NCBI GenBank assembly: GCA_964410105.1
Contig: CAYPFY010000001.1
Span: 20,718-84,717, forward strand
DNA from: an uncultured Chlorobiaceae bacterium
GTDB taxonomy: Bacteria > Bacteroidota > Ignavibacteria > UBA10030 > SZUA-254
DNA: 64,000 nt
Direction: 5' to 3'
Positions 20,544-31,053 of the stretch are shown here, piece after piece (the first letter of the stretch is position 1; every line of letters starts with the position of its first letter). The notes beneath the pieces were generated by a model. That model did no database searches. It saw only the letters and a list, made by a program, of their open reading frames with translations, and was not told where the DNA came from. The position numbers and the translations under genes are program-made.

Positions 20544-21920
20544 ATGAATTACGAGATTGTTGAATCCTTCTCCCAGATGGTCCGGGAAAAGAGAATTGAT
20601 AAGGATATGCTCGCCGGCATCATCGAGGATGTGTTCTCGATGATGGTGAGGAAGAAATACGGCATGGAGTCCCGTTTCGATGTCGTGGTGAACATGGATA
20701 AGGGAGACATTGAGATTTACCTGGAAAAGCAGATCGTCGAACAGGTCACCGATCCCAGCACACAGATCGACCTCGAAACGGTCCGCAAGAAAACGGACGA
20801 GCCGCTTGCCATCGGGGATGATTTCGTTGAAGTGGTCGACCTCCAGAGTTTCGGCAGGCGTCTTGTTGTGAGCGCCAAGCAGAATCTCAACCAGCGGATC
20901 AAAGAGGTCGAAAAGGAGATCATCTACAACGAGTACAGCAACTCCGTCGGGGAGATCATCGTCGGGGAGATTTATCAGATCCGGAAAGGGGAGATCCTCA
21001 TCAACCACAACCGGAACGAGCTCATTCTCCCGAAAAACGAGCAAATCGCCCGCGAACGATACCGCAAAGGGGATACGATCAGAGCCCTTCTGAAAGAAGT
21101 GCGCAAGAACGCCTCATCGCCCATGGTGATCATCTCCCGTTCGGATCCCAAATTCTTGTCAAAACTATTCGAGATCGAGATTCCGGAGATTTATGACGGC
21201 GTCATCGAGATCAAGGCCGTGGCCCGCGAGGCGGGCGAACGATCGAAGGTCGCCGTGGAGTCGCATGATGACCGGATCGATGCCGTCGGAGCGTGCGTCG
21301 GGATGAAGGGCGTGAGGATACACGCCATCGTCCGCGAGCTCAATAACGAGAACATCGACGTCATCAACTTTTCCGACAACAGCACCGTTTTCATCCAGCG
21401 TGCCCTCTCGCCGGCCAAGCTCAAGAGCCTGCAGCTGGATGAGGCCACCAAGACGGCGACCGCCCTGGTCGACAAGGATCAGGTTTCGCTCGCGATCGGC
21501 CGGAACGGGCAGAACATCCGCCTCGCCTCAAAGCTGACCGGCTACGAGATCAATATCGTGAAGGAAGGAGCCGAGGAAGAGTATGACATGGACCTCGAGG
21601 AATTCCGCGAAGAGCTCGGCGAGCCTCTCTACGAACGATTGATGGATGAGGGGTACGAAACGGCCCGGGCGGTGATCGATGCTCACATGGACGATCTCCT
21701 TGCGATCGAAGGCCTTGACGAGGAGAAGATCAAGTCGATCAAGGAGATGATGAAACGGGAGATCGAGGAAGCGGAAGTTGAGGAGGAAGAAGTGCCAGCA
21801 GTCCCGGCGGCCGAGAAGGGAAATACGCCTGCCCCGGCGCCGCCGCCGGCAGAAGTCGATGGCAACGTTGCAGAAGCCCCGCAGGATAAAGAACCGGAGG
21901 AGACCGAACCGGCGCCATGA
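20544..21920 (+). CDS. nusA: Transcription termination/antitermination factor NusA
   Basis: S1 domain and two KH domains. Acidic C-terminal tail. Confidence 0.95.
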   Translation: MNYEIVESFSQMVREKRIDKDMLAGIIEDVFSMMVRKKYGMESRFDVVVNMDKGDIEIYLEKQIVEQVTDPSTQIDLETVRKKTDEPLAIGDDFVEVVDLQSFGRRLVVSAKQNLNQRIKEVEKEIIYNEYSNSVGEIIVGEIYQIRKGEILINHNRNELILPKNEQIARERYRKGDTIRALLKEVRKNASSPMVIISRSDPKFLSKLFEIEIPEIYDGVIEIKAVAREAGERSKVAVESHDDRIDAVGACVGMKGVRIHAIVRELNNENIDVINFSDNSTVFIQRALSPAKLKSLQLDEATKTATALVDKDQVSLAIGRNGQNIRLASKLTGYEINIVKEGAEEEYDMDLEEFREELGEPLYERLMDEGYETARAVIDAHMDDLLAIEGLDEEKIKSIKEMMKREIEEAEVEEEEVPAVPAAEKGNTPAPAPPPAEVDGNVAEAPQDKEPEETEPAP

Positions 21921-24580
21921 CCGAAAAGACACAGTCCAGGAAAAAGATCTATCAGATCGCGAAGGAGATCAACATCTCCCACGAGACTCTGATGGACTAT
22001 CTAAAAAAGAAGGGACACGAGGTCAAGAGCCACATGTCCGTGGTGGATGACGCGATGATGCACGATATCCTTTCCCATTTCAAGAAGGACAAGGAGGTCG
22101 CTGAAAAGCACCAGCGCAAGATCCAGACCATGCGCGAAACCCGGAAGAAGGTGGAATCGAAGGCAGCCGCGGTCGCCGAGACGTCGAAAGCCAAGGTCGT
22201 GAAGAAGGAGAAGCCCGAGGAGATGGCAGAGGGGGCGCCGCCGCTACCGCATCCTCCGCCGGCCGTCGTTGAGACGGAGGTGAAGCGGGCCGAGGAGATT
22301 CCTCAGCCCGTAGCTCCCGCGGCTGAAAATGTTCCCTCCGTCGGCGAGATCGGCGAGCCCGAGGTTGTTGAGGCGGAAGTTGAAGCGAGCGCAAAGACCG
22401 AGCAGAAGCCGGAAATCCTCGCCCGCCGCACTCCCAAGATGGGGCTGAAGATCAAGGGGAAGATCGACCTGGAGGAGGTCAACCGTTCAAACGCTGTTCA
22501 CGAGGGTCTCACCGAGCCGGCGGAAGGCGCCGCGGCGAAGGAGGACGAACAGAAGAAGAAAAAGAAGAAGAAAAAGAGAATCCGCACCGAGGTTCCCTCG
22601 GTGCCGGTGGTCGAGGAGACCGACGAGCTACAGCGAAAATCGAAAAAGAAGAAGAAGCTCAAGTACCGGGAGGTCGATAAGGTGGAAGTCGAAGAGGCGA
22701 TCAAGCGCACTCTGGCGGAGATGGATGAAGGGGGGGCAGTCGTCCAGCGCGCCAATTTCAAGAAGAAACGGAAGGAAAAGCGCCTCATGGAGGAACAGCG
22801 CCACCTCGAAGAGATGGAAAGGGAGAAATCCATCCTTCGCGTGACGGAATTCGTCTCCGTGCACGAATTGGCCAACCTCATGGGCGTCAATGTTGCCGAT
22901 GTCATCAAGAAGTGCATCGAACTGGGGCTGATGGTGTCGATCAACCAGCGGCTCGACAAGGACACGATCACCCTTGTGGCCGACGAATTCGGGCTCGAGG
23001 TCCGCTTCTTCTCTGAGCTCGACGAGGAGCTCGCGGAGGAGGAGCCGGCTGACGAGGCCGCGCTCGCGATGCGTCCCCCGGTCGTCACCATCATGGGACA
23101 CGTCGACCACGGCAAGACGTCTCTCCTTGACTACATCCGGCGCAGCAATGTCGTCGCCGGCGAGGCCGGGGGTATAACCCAGCATATCGGCGCCTACATG
23201 GTGACCCTCGACAACGGGAAGAACATCACCTTTCTTGATACTCCGGGCCATGAGGCGTTCACGGCCATGCGCGCCCGCGGGGCGCAGCTCACCGACATCG
23301 TGGTCCTTGTGGTCGCGGCGGACGATAACGTGATGCCGCAGACCGTCGAGGCCATAAGCCACGCCCAGGCCGCCAACGTTCCGATCGTCATTGCGATCAA
23401 CAAGACCGATAAGCCCGAGGCGAACGCCGACCGGATCCGCCAGCAGCTTTCGGAGAAAAACGTGCTCGTCGAAGAGTGGGGGGGAAAATACCAGAGCGTC
23501 GAGCTCTCGGCTCGCACCGGAAAAAACGTCGGCCTCCTGCTCGAAAAAATTCTCCTCGAGGCGGAGGTTCTGGATCTGAAGGCGAGCCCCGATGGCTTCG
23601 CCCGGGGCGCCGTCGTGGAAGCGCAGGTGGACAAGGGGAAGGGAACCGTCGCGACGGTCCTCGTCCAGAGGGGGAGGATGATGGTCGGCGATTCCTTCAT
23701 TGCCGGGATCCAGAGCGGGAAGGTGAGGGCGATGCTCGACGAGCGGGGACGTCGCCTTGAATCAGTCGGACCTTCGATGCCGGTTCAGATCCTCGGATTC
23801 GACGGCGTGCCGCAGGCCGGGGACGGGTTCGCCGTGGTCGAAAGCGAGCGGGAGGCGCGCGATATCAGCCTCCGGCGCCAGCAGATGAAACGCGAACAGG
23901 ATTTCCGGCTCATCCGGAGCGTCACGCTCGACGATATTTCAAAGAAAATTCAGGAAGGCCAGATCAAGGAGCTCAAGGTGATCGTGAAGGGCGACGTGGA
24001 CGGCTCGGTCGGCGCTCTGTCCGATTCGCTCATGAAGATCACGCACGAAGAAGTCCGTGTCCACGTTATCCATCATGCCGTCGGCGGGATATCCGAGTCC
24101 GATGTCCTCCTCGCCGCCGCATCCGATGCCATCATCATCGGATTTCATGTGCGTCCGAACCTGAACGCACGGCGCCTTGCCGAACAGGAATCGATCGATA
24201 TCCGGCTCTACAACATCATCTACGACGCCATCGAAGATGTGAAGAAAGCGCTCGAGGGCCTTTTGACTCCCGAGAAGAACGAGGAGATAACGGCCACCGT
24301 GGAGGTCCGGGAAATATTCAAGGTGCCGCGGATCGGAACCGTTGCCGGGTGTTCCGTCCAGGACGGAAAGATCGCCCGCGGAAACAAGGTGCGCCTCATC
24401 CGGGACGGGATCGTCGTCTTCGAGGGGGGCATCGCCTCTCTCCGCCGGTTCAAGGACGACGTCCGTGAGGTGGAAGCCGGCTTCGAGTGCGGCATCGGGC
24501 TCGAAGGCTTTAACGATATCAAGGTGGGGGATACGATCGAGGCCTACAAGATTGTCGAAACGATGAGAAAGCTGGTGTGA
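21917..24580 (+). CDS. infB: Translation initiation factor IF-2
   Basis: GHVDHGKTSLLD G-domain. Lys/Glu-rich N-terminal region. 4-nt overlap with nusA. Confidence 0.95.
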   Translation: MTEKTQSRKKIYQIAKEINISHETLMDYLKKKGHEVKSHMSVVDDAMMHDILSHFKKDKEVAEKHQRKIQTMRETRKKVESKAAAVAETSKAKVVKKEKPEEMAEGAPPLPHPPPAVVETEVKRAEEIPQPVAPAAENVPSVGEIGEPEVVEAEVEASAKTEQKPEILARRTPKMGLKIKGKIDLEEVNRSNAVHEGLTEPAEGAAAKEDEQKKKKKKKKRIRTEVPSVPVVEETDELQRKSKKKKKLKYREVDKVEVEEAIKRTLAEMDEGGAVVQRANFKKKRKEKRLMEEQRHLEEMEREKSILRVTEFVSVHELANLMGVNVADVIKKCIELGLMVSINQRLDKDTITLVADEFGLEVRFFSELDEELAEEEPADEAALAMRPPVVTIMGHVDHGKTSLLDYIRRSNVVAGEAGGITQHIGAYMVTLDNGKNITFLDTPGHEAFTAMRARGAQLTDIVVLVVAADDNVMPQTVEAISHAQAANVPIVIAINKTDKPEANADRIRQQLSEKNVLVEEWGGKYQSVELSARTGKNVGLLLEKILLEAEVLDLKASPDGFARGAVVEAQVDKGKGTVATVLVQRGRMMVGDSFIAGIQSGKVRAMLDERGRRLESVGPSMPVQILGFDGVPQAGDGFAVVESEREARDISLRRQQMKREQDFRLIRSVTLDDISKKIQEGQIKELKVIVKGDVDGSVGALSDSLMKITHEEVRVHVIHHAVGGISESDVLLAAASDAIIIGFHVRPNLNARRLAEQESIDIRLYNIIYDAIEDVKKALEGLLTPEKNEEITATVEVREIFKVPRIGTVAGCSVQDGKIARGNKVRLIRDGIVVFEGGIASLRRFKDDVREVEAGFECGIGLEGFNDIKVGDTIEAYKIVETMRKLV

Positions 24581-24584
24581 CGTC

Positions 24585-24947
24585 ATGTCGTTACGAACGG
24601 AACGAGTTGCGTCCCTCATCAAAGAGGAAGTGGGGATGTTTTTCACCCGCGAGTACAGGGATCCCGCCTACGGATTCATCACCGTCACCGACGTGCATGT
24701 CTCGCCGGACCTGCGTACCGCAAAGATCTACGTGAGCATCATGGGTTCGCCGGAGAAGCGGGAAGCGACGATGAACATGCTCGAAAACCACAAAGGCGAG
24801 ATCCGTTCGTTCATCGGATCGCACATCCGGCTCAAATTCACCCCGGCCGTGCACTTTTATGTCGATGAGACTCTCGACCGGGTTGAAAAGATCGACCGGC
24901 TGATCAAGCAGATCCACAAGGATGAACGGCCGTCCAGCACGCCCTGA
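24585..24947 (+). CDS. rbfA: Ribosome-binding factor A
   Basis: RVASLIKEEVG...DVHVSPDLRTAKIYVS. Confidence 0.9.
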   Translation: MSLRTERVASLIKEEVGMFFTREYRDPAYGFITVTDVHVSPDLRTAKIYVSIMGSPEKREATMNMLENHKGEIRSFIGSHIRLKFTPAVHFYVDETLDRVEKIDRLIKQIHKDERPSSTP

Positions 24948-24956
24948 TTTTTTTCG

Positions 24957-25913
24957 ATGATCACCGGCACCGCATCCCGTCCGCTCGGATTTAACGCAAA
25001 CTCGGTCGTGACCGTCGGGACGTTCGACGGAGTGCATCTCGGCCACCGCTCGATCCTGAGGGAGCTCATGCGGCGATCGGCGGCCCTCTCGGCGCGGAGC
25101 ATCGTCATCACGTTCGACCGGCATCCGCGCGAGGTTTTGGGAAAAGGGCCCGTCGACTTGCTCACGCCTCTTGAGGACCGGCTCGCGCTGATCGAGGCTG
25201 CCGGCGCCGATGCGGCGCTCGTCCTTGAATTTACTTACGAGTTCTCGCGGCAGACCCCCCGCGATTTCTTCGAAAAAACAGTTATCAGGGGGACGGGCGC
25301 GAGCGAAGTCATCGTCGGATATGATCACATGTTTGGCCGCGACCGGGAAGCCGGGATCCGCGAACTGCGCGCTCTCGGGGATGAATACAGGTTCGGCGTG
25401 ACCGTGGTCGACCCCGTCACCGTCGGCGGGGAGCTCGTCAAAAGCTCCAGGATCCGGGAACTCCTCCTCCGGGGGGATGCAGCGCACGCCGAAAAACTTC
25501 TCGGCCGTCCCTACGGATTCCGGGGGATGGTCATCGCCGGCGATCGGCGCGGCGCTTCGCTGGGATTTCCGACGGCCAATATCGCGGCCGGAGACAGCCG
25601 CCAGCTTGTTCCTGCCGGGGGGGTCTATTGCGTCCAGGTCTCTTTCGACGGTCGCCGGACGGGCGGAATGCTCAATATCGGCGTCCGTCCGACCTTTGCC
25701 GATTCAGGGACGCGCACGATCGAGGTGAACATCTTCGATTTTTCAGGAGATCTCTACGGGAAGACGATCACAGTGGAATTTTTGAAACGCATACGGGACG
25801 AGAAGAGATTCTCATCCGCGAAACTACTCATTGAACAATTGCGGCGGGACCGGGACGAGTGCCTTCAGTACCTCGCTTCCTCCGTGATGGCGAACTCAGG
25901 AAAGGAGTTTTAA
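24957..25913 (+). CDS. ribF: Bifunctional riboflavin kinase / FMN adenylyltransferase
   Basis: [10 protein letters not shown] ... PTANI ... GxRPTF. Confidence 0.9.
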   Translation: MITGTASRPLGFNANSVVTVGTFDGVHLGHRSILRELMRRSAALSARSIVITFDRHPREVLGKGPVDLLTPLEDRLALIEAAGADAALVLEFTYEFSRQTPRDFFEKTVIRGTGASEVIVGYDHMFGRDREAGIRELRALGDEYRFGVTVVDPVTVGGELVKSSRIRELLLRGDAAHAEKLLGRPYGFRGMVIAGDRRGASLGFPTANIAAGDSRQLVPAGGVYCVQVSFDGRRTGGMLNIGVRPTFADSGTRTIEVNIFDFSGDLYGKTITVEFLKRIRDEKRFSSAKLLIEQLRRDRDECLQYLASSVMANSGKEF

Positions 25914-26182
25914 TGCCGATAACAAAGGAACAGAAACGCGAGATTGTGGCGAAGTACGGGAAGGGGGAGAAGGATACCGGATCCCCGGAAGTCCAGATCG
26001 CCCTCCTCACGACGCGCATCAACGAGCTCTCGGGTCATTTCGTGCGGAATGTGAAGGATAACCATTCACGCCGGGGACTGCTGAAGATGGTCGGAAAACG
26101 GAGACGGCTCCTGGAATATCTTCAGGAAAAAAATGTCGACCGGTACCGCAAGATAATCCAGGAATTGGATCTCAGAAAGTAA
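25913..26182 (+). CDS. rpsO: 30S ribosomal protein S15
   Basis: [16 protein letters not shown]...[26 protein letters not shown] overlap with the ribF stop. The start is taken at the internal ATG of the track ORF. Confidence 0.9.
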   Translation: MPITKEQKREIVAKYGKGEKDTGSPEVQIALLTTRINELSGHFVRNVKDNHSRRGLLKMVGKRRRLLEYLQEKNVDRYRKIIQELDLRK

Positions 26183-26232
26183 GACACGCTGCGCGAAAAG
26201 CAGGTGGTTCATGAATCAGTTGAAAGTATATC

Positions 26233-28512
26233 ATGGTAACGAACAAATCTATTGACATCGGTGGACGGACCATGTCCATCGAAACCGGGCGGCTCGCAAA
26301 GCAGGCTGATGGTTCAGTCATGGTCCGCTACGGCGATACGATGGTGCTCGCGACGGTCGTCGCCAGCCGGGAAGTCGTCGAGGGGAAGGATTACTTTCCC
26401 CTCCAGGTCGAGTACCGGGAAAAAACCGCGGCCGCCGGAAAAATTCCCGGCGGTTTTCTCAAACGCGAGGGCCGGCCCTCGGAAAAGGAGGTCCTCTCCT
26501 CGCGGCTGATCGACCGGCCGATCAGGCCCATGTTCCCCGAAGCCTTCAGGCAGGAAACGCAGTTGATGCTGACGGTGTTTTCCTCCGACCAGGAGAATGA
26601 CGGAGACATCCTCGGCGCGATCGGCGCCTCCGCGGCGCTGATGATCTCCGATATCCCGTTCGACGGCCCGATCTCCGAGGTGAGAGTCGGGCGCCTCGAC
26701 GGCCAATTCGTCATCAACCCGACCTTCGCCCAGCTCGTAACGAGCGATATGGACATCACCGTCGCCGGCACCCGGACGTCGATCGTGATGGTGGAAGGGG
26801 AATCGAAGGAGATTTCGGAAAATGATATGCTCGAGGCGCTGAAATTCGCGCACGCGCATATCGTGAAGCTCTGCGACATTCAGATCGAACTGCGCAATGA
26901 ATGCGGACGGCCGAAACGGGAGTTTTCCCACAATCCGCTGAAGGCGGCGCTCCTGAGGCCGGTGGCCGAGATCGCCCGTAACCCTGTCCGCGACGTGACG
27001 GAAAAAGTCCTTCTGAAAGATGAAAGGAGCGCGGCGAACGCCCAGATTCAGGAAAAAACGATGGCCGCTCTCCTGGAAAAGGGGCCGTCGCTTCTTCCGT
27101 TAATCAAGGAGGCCCTCGGAGCTGCGTCCGCGGATCCGGCTGAATTCCTCGCGGAGCATAAGGGCCTCGTCTCAGAAATTCTCCATGACCTCGAGTACGA
27201 GGAAATGCGTAAAATGATTCTCGAGAAGGGGAAGCGTCTCGATGGGCGCGGCACGCGGGAGATCCGGCCCATCACGTGCGAGGTCGGCCTACTACCGCGC
27301 ACCCACGGCTCCGCCCTCTTCCAACGGGGCGAAACTCAGAGCCTCACCACCGTCACGCTCGGCACCAAGATGGATGAGCAATTGATCGACGGGCTTCTGC
27401 CTGAATCGTCGAAGAGGTTCATGCTCCATTATAATTTTCCTCCCTTTTCGGTCGGGGAGGTGGGAAGGCTCGGATTCACCGGGCGACGGGAGATCGGCCA
27501 CGGGAATCTGGCCGAACGGTCGTTGAAAAATATGGTCCCGGGCGAATCGGAATTCCCCTACACGGTCAGGATCGTCTCCGATATCCTCGAGTCGAACGGC
27601 TCATCCTCCATGGCGACGGTCTGCGCCGGCACGCTCTCCCTCATGGACGCCGGGGTTCCCCTCAAGCGGCCCGTCGCCGGCATCGCCATGGGACTCATCA
27701 AGGAAGGGGAGAAGATCGCCATCCTCAGCGATATCCTCGGGAACGAGGACCATCTCGGCGACATGGATTTCAAGGTCGCCGGCACGACCGAGGGGATCAC
27801 GGGCTTCCAGATGGATATAAAGATTCAGGGCATCTCCTTCGAAATCTTTTCCCGCGCCCTCGAACAGGCGAAGGAGGGACGCCTGCACATCCTCTCCATC
27901 ATGGGCAGCACGATCTCCCAGCCGAGATCGGACCTTTCCCGGTATGCGCCACGGCTGACCACGATGAAGATTCCTACCGATATGATCGGGACGGTCATCG
28001 GCCCCGGAGGGAAGATGATCCGCCAGATTGTCAAGGACACCGGTGCGGAAATCAACATCGAGGACGATGGAACGATCGTCATCGCCTCCGTCTCCGCCGA
28101 GGGGAGCGAAAAGGCCTACGGGATCATCAGCAAGCTCGTCGAGCAGCCCGAGGTGGGAAAGGTTTATAAGGGAAAGGTGACGAGGCTGATGGACTTCGGT
28201 GCGTTCGTGGAGTTCCTCCCGGGCCGGGAGGGACTCGTCCACATCTCTCACCTTGACATGAACCGGGTCAATAAGGTCTCCGATATCGTCAAGGTAGGGG
28301 ATGAGTTCGAGGTCAAGCTTATCAAGATTGACGAGGAAGGGAGGAATAACCTGAGCCGCAAGGCCCTGATGGCCGGCTACGATCCGGAGAAGGAAGCGCA
28401 GCGGGAGGCCGAGCGGAGAGAAAAACGCGGGGAACGCAGGGATGGGCGTCGCGAGGGAGGGGGTCACTCCCACCATCATCGCGGCGGAGGGGGACATCAC
28501 CGGCCGGGATGA
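26233..28512 (+). CDS. pnp: Polyribonucleotide nucleotidyltransferase (PNPase) with a His/Gly-rich C-terminal tail
   Basis: Two RNase PH domains, a KH domain and an S1 domain. Tail RREGGGHSHHHRGGGGHHRPG. Confidence 0.95.
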   Translation: MVTNKSIDIGGRTMSIETGRLAKQADGSVMVRYGDTMVLATVVASREVVEGKDYFPLQVEYREKTAAAGKIPGGFLKREGRPSEKEVLSSRLIDRPIRPMFPEAFRQETQLMLTVFSSDQENDGDILGAIGASAALMISDIPFDGPISEVRVGRLDGQFVINPTFAQLVTSDMDITVAGTRTSIVMVEGESKEISENDMLEALKFAHAHIVKLCDIQIELRNECGRPKREFSHNPLKAALLRPVAEIARNPVRDVTEKVLLKDERSAANAQIQEKTMAALLEKGPSLLPLIKEALGAASADPAEFLAEHKGLVSEILHDLEYEEMRKMILEKGKRLDGRGTREIRPITCEVGLLPRTHGSALFQRGETQSLTTVTLGTKMDEQLIDGLLPESSKRFMLHYNFPPFSVGEVGRLGFTGRREIGHGNLAERSLKNMVPGESEFPYTVRIVSDILESNGSSSMATVCAGTLSLMDAGVPLKRPVAGIAMGLIKEGEKIAILSDILGNEDHLGDMDFKVAGTTEGITGFQMDIKIQGISFEIFSRALEQAKEGRLHILSIMGSTISQPRSDLSRYAPRLTTMKIPTDMIGTVIGPGGKMIRQIVKDTGAEINIEDDGTIVIASVSAEGSEKAYGIISKLVEQPEVGKVYKGKVTRLMDFGAFVEFLPGREGLVHISHLDMNRVNKVSDIVKVGDEFEVKLIKIDEEGRNNLSRKALMAGYDPEKEAQREAERREKRGERRDGRREGGGHSHHHRGGGGHHRPG

Positions 28513-28594
28513 GACTGATCGCCCGGATGTACGTTTCGTGACGAGGGCCGCCCCCCCGGGGTGATCTCCCGGGAGCGGTCTCGGGGGGGAGGAG

Positions 28595-30229
28595 TTAGAC
28601 CCTGATGACCTGGTGCTTGAAGCGACCGATCTGGATCTCGGTCCTGAGCCAGCGAACAAATTCCAGACCGTGCTTATTCATGAAATGAATGGCGTTGAGC
28701 TCGCGCTCCTGGAAATTCTTGTTCGGATAGAGGGTATTCGACACTTTCTGAATCTGCCTCAGCGCCGCCTCGTGCTTCCGGGACTGCGCAGCGGTCACCT
28801 TCTCCTTCAGGGCCTGCATGTTGCCTTCCATCTTTGAGCGGGTCGTCTCCAGCGCTCCGAGCAGCGTCGAGTCGATGTAATTGATCCCGAATTTCAGCTC
28901 GTTGCATTGATCGTTGAGCCGGCTGATGGCGGAGTCGAACATCTCGTCGATTTTTATGCCTGAAACCATGTCGATGACCTTGCGGTCGGCCTGGTCGGGC
29001 GCCCGCAGGAATCCGAGCGCATCCATCTCATATTTTTCCAAAATCCTTTCGAGCCTCTCCTCCACGATCGTCGCCGTCGCGCGTGGATAGATCCGCGGCA
29101 TCGACAGATCGAAGTGCTTGTAAACGTTCCTCAGCTGCGCGTAGTAGGCGATCTCCGCAGGCCCGGCCACATAGGCGACCGTGGGCAGCAGCATGTCCTG
29201 ACAGATCGGACGGAGAGCCACGTTGGGGCTGAGGAGCTCGGGTTGCTCGGAAGCGATCCGCAGCATCTCGTCCTTCGGGATGAAGTGACGCGTCCCCTTG
29301 AGGCTGAAGTCATTCTCCCGCGGCTCGACGACGTACCGACCGCCTTTGTGAAAGTAAAACAGATTAAGCGCCTTCGTCTTGATCTGCGCATGGTAATTGC
29401 CTTCAAGCTTGGCGCTTTGTTCGATGATCAGCTGCGAGACCCGCGGATACTCCCTGATTTCCCTCTCGAAGATGGGGGACACGATCCGCTTGAGCCGTGG
29501 GTCGCTCGAGGAGATGAAGACGAGCCCGTCATCCTGAAACAATGTTCCCATGAGGGAGGCGAACGCGGCATTGAACGTCGCGTCCGGCCTGTAGGACGAT
29601 TTCATCAGGTCGATCACCGGCTGCTTGAACTCGGAATTCCCCAAAATCTTCTGAAGGTCCTCGTAAAACTTCGTCAGCGCGCCGTTGAGGCTTATCTCGC
29701 CGACCGACGACCCGGCCTTCCTTCCCTCCGGAATATATTCGATGAACGTGGGGACATTCTCATAATTGAGGACCCCCACCCGGCTCACTTCCTCGAAATC
29801 GTGATCCTCTCCTTCCAGCCAGAATACGGGGACGAACCGGAATTCGGGAAACTGAGACCCGAGCTGCTCGGCGAGCTTCAGGGCCGTGACGGTCTTGTAA
29901 ACCGTGTAGAGCGGCCCGCCGAGCAATCCCACCTGCTGTCCGGTGACGACGGCGAATGTCCGCTCCTCTCCGAGCAACCGGATATTGTCGAGGGTTTTTG
30001 GCGTCGCGCCGAACGAGGTGTTTTGCTCCAGCAGGACCTCGACAAGCTGCCCCCGGTGTGGGATCGCGCGCGGACGGAGATTATCGAAGGACCGGTAATC
30101 GGCCTCGTAAAACTGCTGGACTTTCTTAAAATCCGTAACGTAATCGGAGTAGAGACGGGAGAAGGCACCCTCTCCTGTTCCGTGGAGGCGCGGCAGATCG
30201 CCGATCTCGATCCATTCCGATGGGTTCAT
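28595..30229 (-). CDS. bshC: Bacillithiol biosynthesis cysteine-adding enzyme BshC
   Basis: About 540 aa. N-terminus MNPSEWIEIGDLP...LYSDYV and overall BshC/YllA-family resemblance. Assignment made from memory. Confidence 0.65.
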   Translation of the reverse strand: MNPSEWIEIGDLPRLHGTGEGAFSRLYSDYVTDFKKVQQFYEADYRSFDNLRPRAIPHRGQLVEVLLEQNTSFGATPKTLDNIRLLGEERTFAVVTGQQVGLLGGPLYTVYKTVTALKLAEQLGSQFPEFRFVPVFWLEGEDHDFEEVSRVGVLNYENVPTFIEYIPEGRKAGSSVGEISLNGALTKFYEDLQKILGNSEFKQPVIDLMKSSYRPDATFNAAFASLMGTLFQDDGLVFISSSDPRLKRIVSPIFEREIREYPRVSQLIIEQSAKLEGNYHAQIKTKALNLFYFHKGGRYVVEPRENDFSLKGTRHFIPKDEMLRIASEQPELLSPNVALRPICQDMLLPTVAYVAGPAEIAYYAQLRNVYKHFDLSMPRIYPRATATIVEERLERILEKYEMDALGFLRAPDQADRKVIDMVSGIKIDEMFDSAISRLNDQCNELKFGINYIDSTLLGALETTRSKMEGNMQALKEKVTAAQSRKHEAALRQIQKVSNTLYPNKNFQERELNAIHFMNKHGLEFVRWLRTEIQIGRFKHQVIRV

Positions 30230-30333
30230 TGCGTGGGAGTGAATTTTGCCAAATATAACGCCTGGCCGTCAGATATGCAAACGACGATGCCCGGCTGAGC
30301 GCCGGCCGCTCGACGACCCGCGCGATGAATTGT

Positions 30334-30362
30334 TTGACACGCATCCTTTTTTTTGCTATATT
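30334..30362 (+). promoter_or_regulatory. Consensus sigma-70 promoter TTGACA-17-TATATT for the Rieske/cytochrome b operon, in the divergent region shared with bshC
   Basis: ttgaca cgcatccttttttttgc tatatt lies about 37 nt upstream of the Rieske ATG at 30399. Confidence 0.55.
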
Positions 30363-30398
30363 TTTGCGCATCAGGACTTTGTTCTTTTTTTTCGAATA

Positions 30399-31052
30399 AT
30401 GGAGACACCAAGCGACAGCACGGTAGCACCGAAAGAGCCTGTGAAGACATCAGTTCCTGCCGACGGCGCAGGCTCAAAGGCTTCTCCATCTCCTCCTCTA
30501 GCAGCGAAAGTCCCCGGTCCCAAGAAACCGAAGCAAGACCGCCCCCCCGAGCAGGATCCCGGCATCTGGCGCATCAGCCGGCGCAACCTCTTTTCTGTGG
30601 CAGGATGGGCCGCATTCTTTGTTTTCCTCGCCACCTCGACCATAGGCACTCTCAGGATGATGTTCCCCCGGATCCTCTATGAGCCTCCATCGGCGTTCAA
30701 GGCCGGGTTTCCGGACGACTACATCATCGGAGAGGTGAGCGAGAAGTATAAGGACGACTTCCGGGTCTGGATCATCCGGGAGTCGGAGGGTTTTTACGCG
30801 CTTTCGGCGATTTGCACACACCTTGGATGCACTCCCCGCTGGCTCTCGGCGGAAAACAAATTCAAATGCCCCTGTCACGGGAGCGGCTTCCGCCGGACGG
30901 GCATCAATTTCGAAGGCCCCGCGCCGAGACCCCTCGAGAGGCTGAAGATCGCCTTCGCCGATGATGGCCAGATCATAGTCGACCGCAATATCAAGTTTTT
31001 GTTTGAAAAGGGAGAATGGATTAATCCCGACGCATTCCTGAGGTACAGCTGA
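30399..31052 (+). CDS. petC: Rieske [2Fe-2S] subunit of a cytochrome bc / b6f-type complex
   Basis: [10 protein letters not shown] ... CPCHGSGF Rieske boxes. N-terminal TM anchor. The start is taken at the internal ATG (METPSD), because the upstream part of the track ORF runs through the promoter. Confidence 0.85.
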   Translation: METPSDSTVAPKEPVKTSVPADGAGSKASPSPPLAAKVPGPKKPKQDRPPEQDPGIWRISRRNLFSVAGWAAFFVFLATSTIGTLRMMFPRILYEPPSAFKAGFPDDYIIGEVSEKYKDDFRVWIIRESEGFYALSAICTHLGCTPRWLSAENKFKCPCHGSGFRRTGINFEGPAPRPLERLKIAFADDGQIIVDRNIKFLFEKGEWINPDAFLRYS

Positions 31053-31053
31053 G

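Noticed and set aside
22540-22680. aag/gaa-rich simple-sequence tract in infB
   Set aside because: It encodes the Lys/Glu-rich linker common in IF-2 N-terminal regions. It is not a mobile or structural repeat.
20502-24646. Long antisense ORFs inside nusA and infB (20502..21044, 22498..23115, 22628..23362, 23939..24646 minus)
   Set aside because: They overlap highly conserved housekeeping genes, show no homology and have low-complexity Ser/Arg-rich translations.
25850-25915. Apparent single-base inconsistency when hand-translating the ribF/rpsO junction from the printed sequence
   Set aside because: Most likely my own miscount of a 10-mer block. The ORF-track frames (ribF ending 25913, rpsO ATG at 25913) are self-consistent and were used.
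27601-30298. 352-aa minus ORF inside pnp and 394-aa plus ORF inside bshC
   Set aside because: Antisense to confidently assigned genes. Translations are Arg/Asp/Gly-biased with no motifs. They reflect GC-rich stop-codon depletion.
30246-30398. The track ORF extends the Rieske gene 51 codons upstream of METPSD
   Set aside because: That stretch contains the TTGACA-17-TATATT promoter and an AT-rich leader, and the extension has no Rieske homology. The internal ATG is the credible start.
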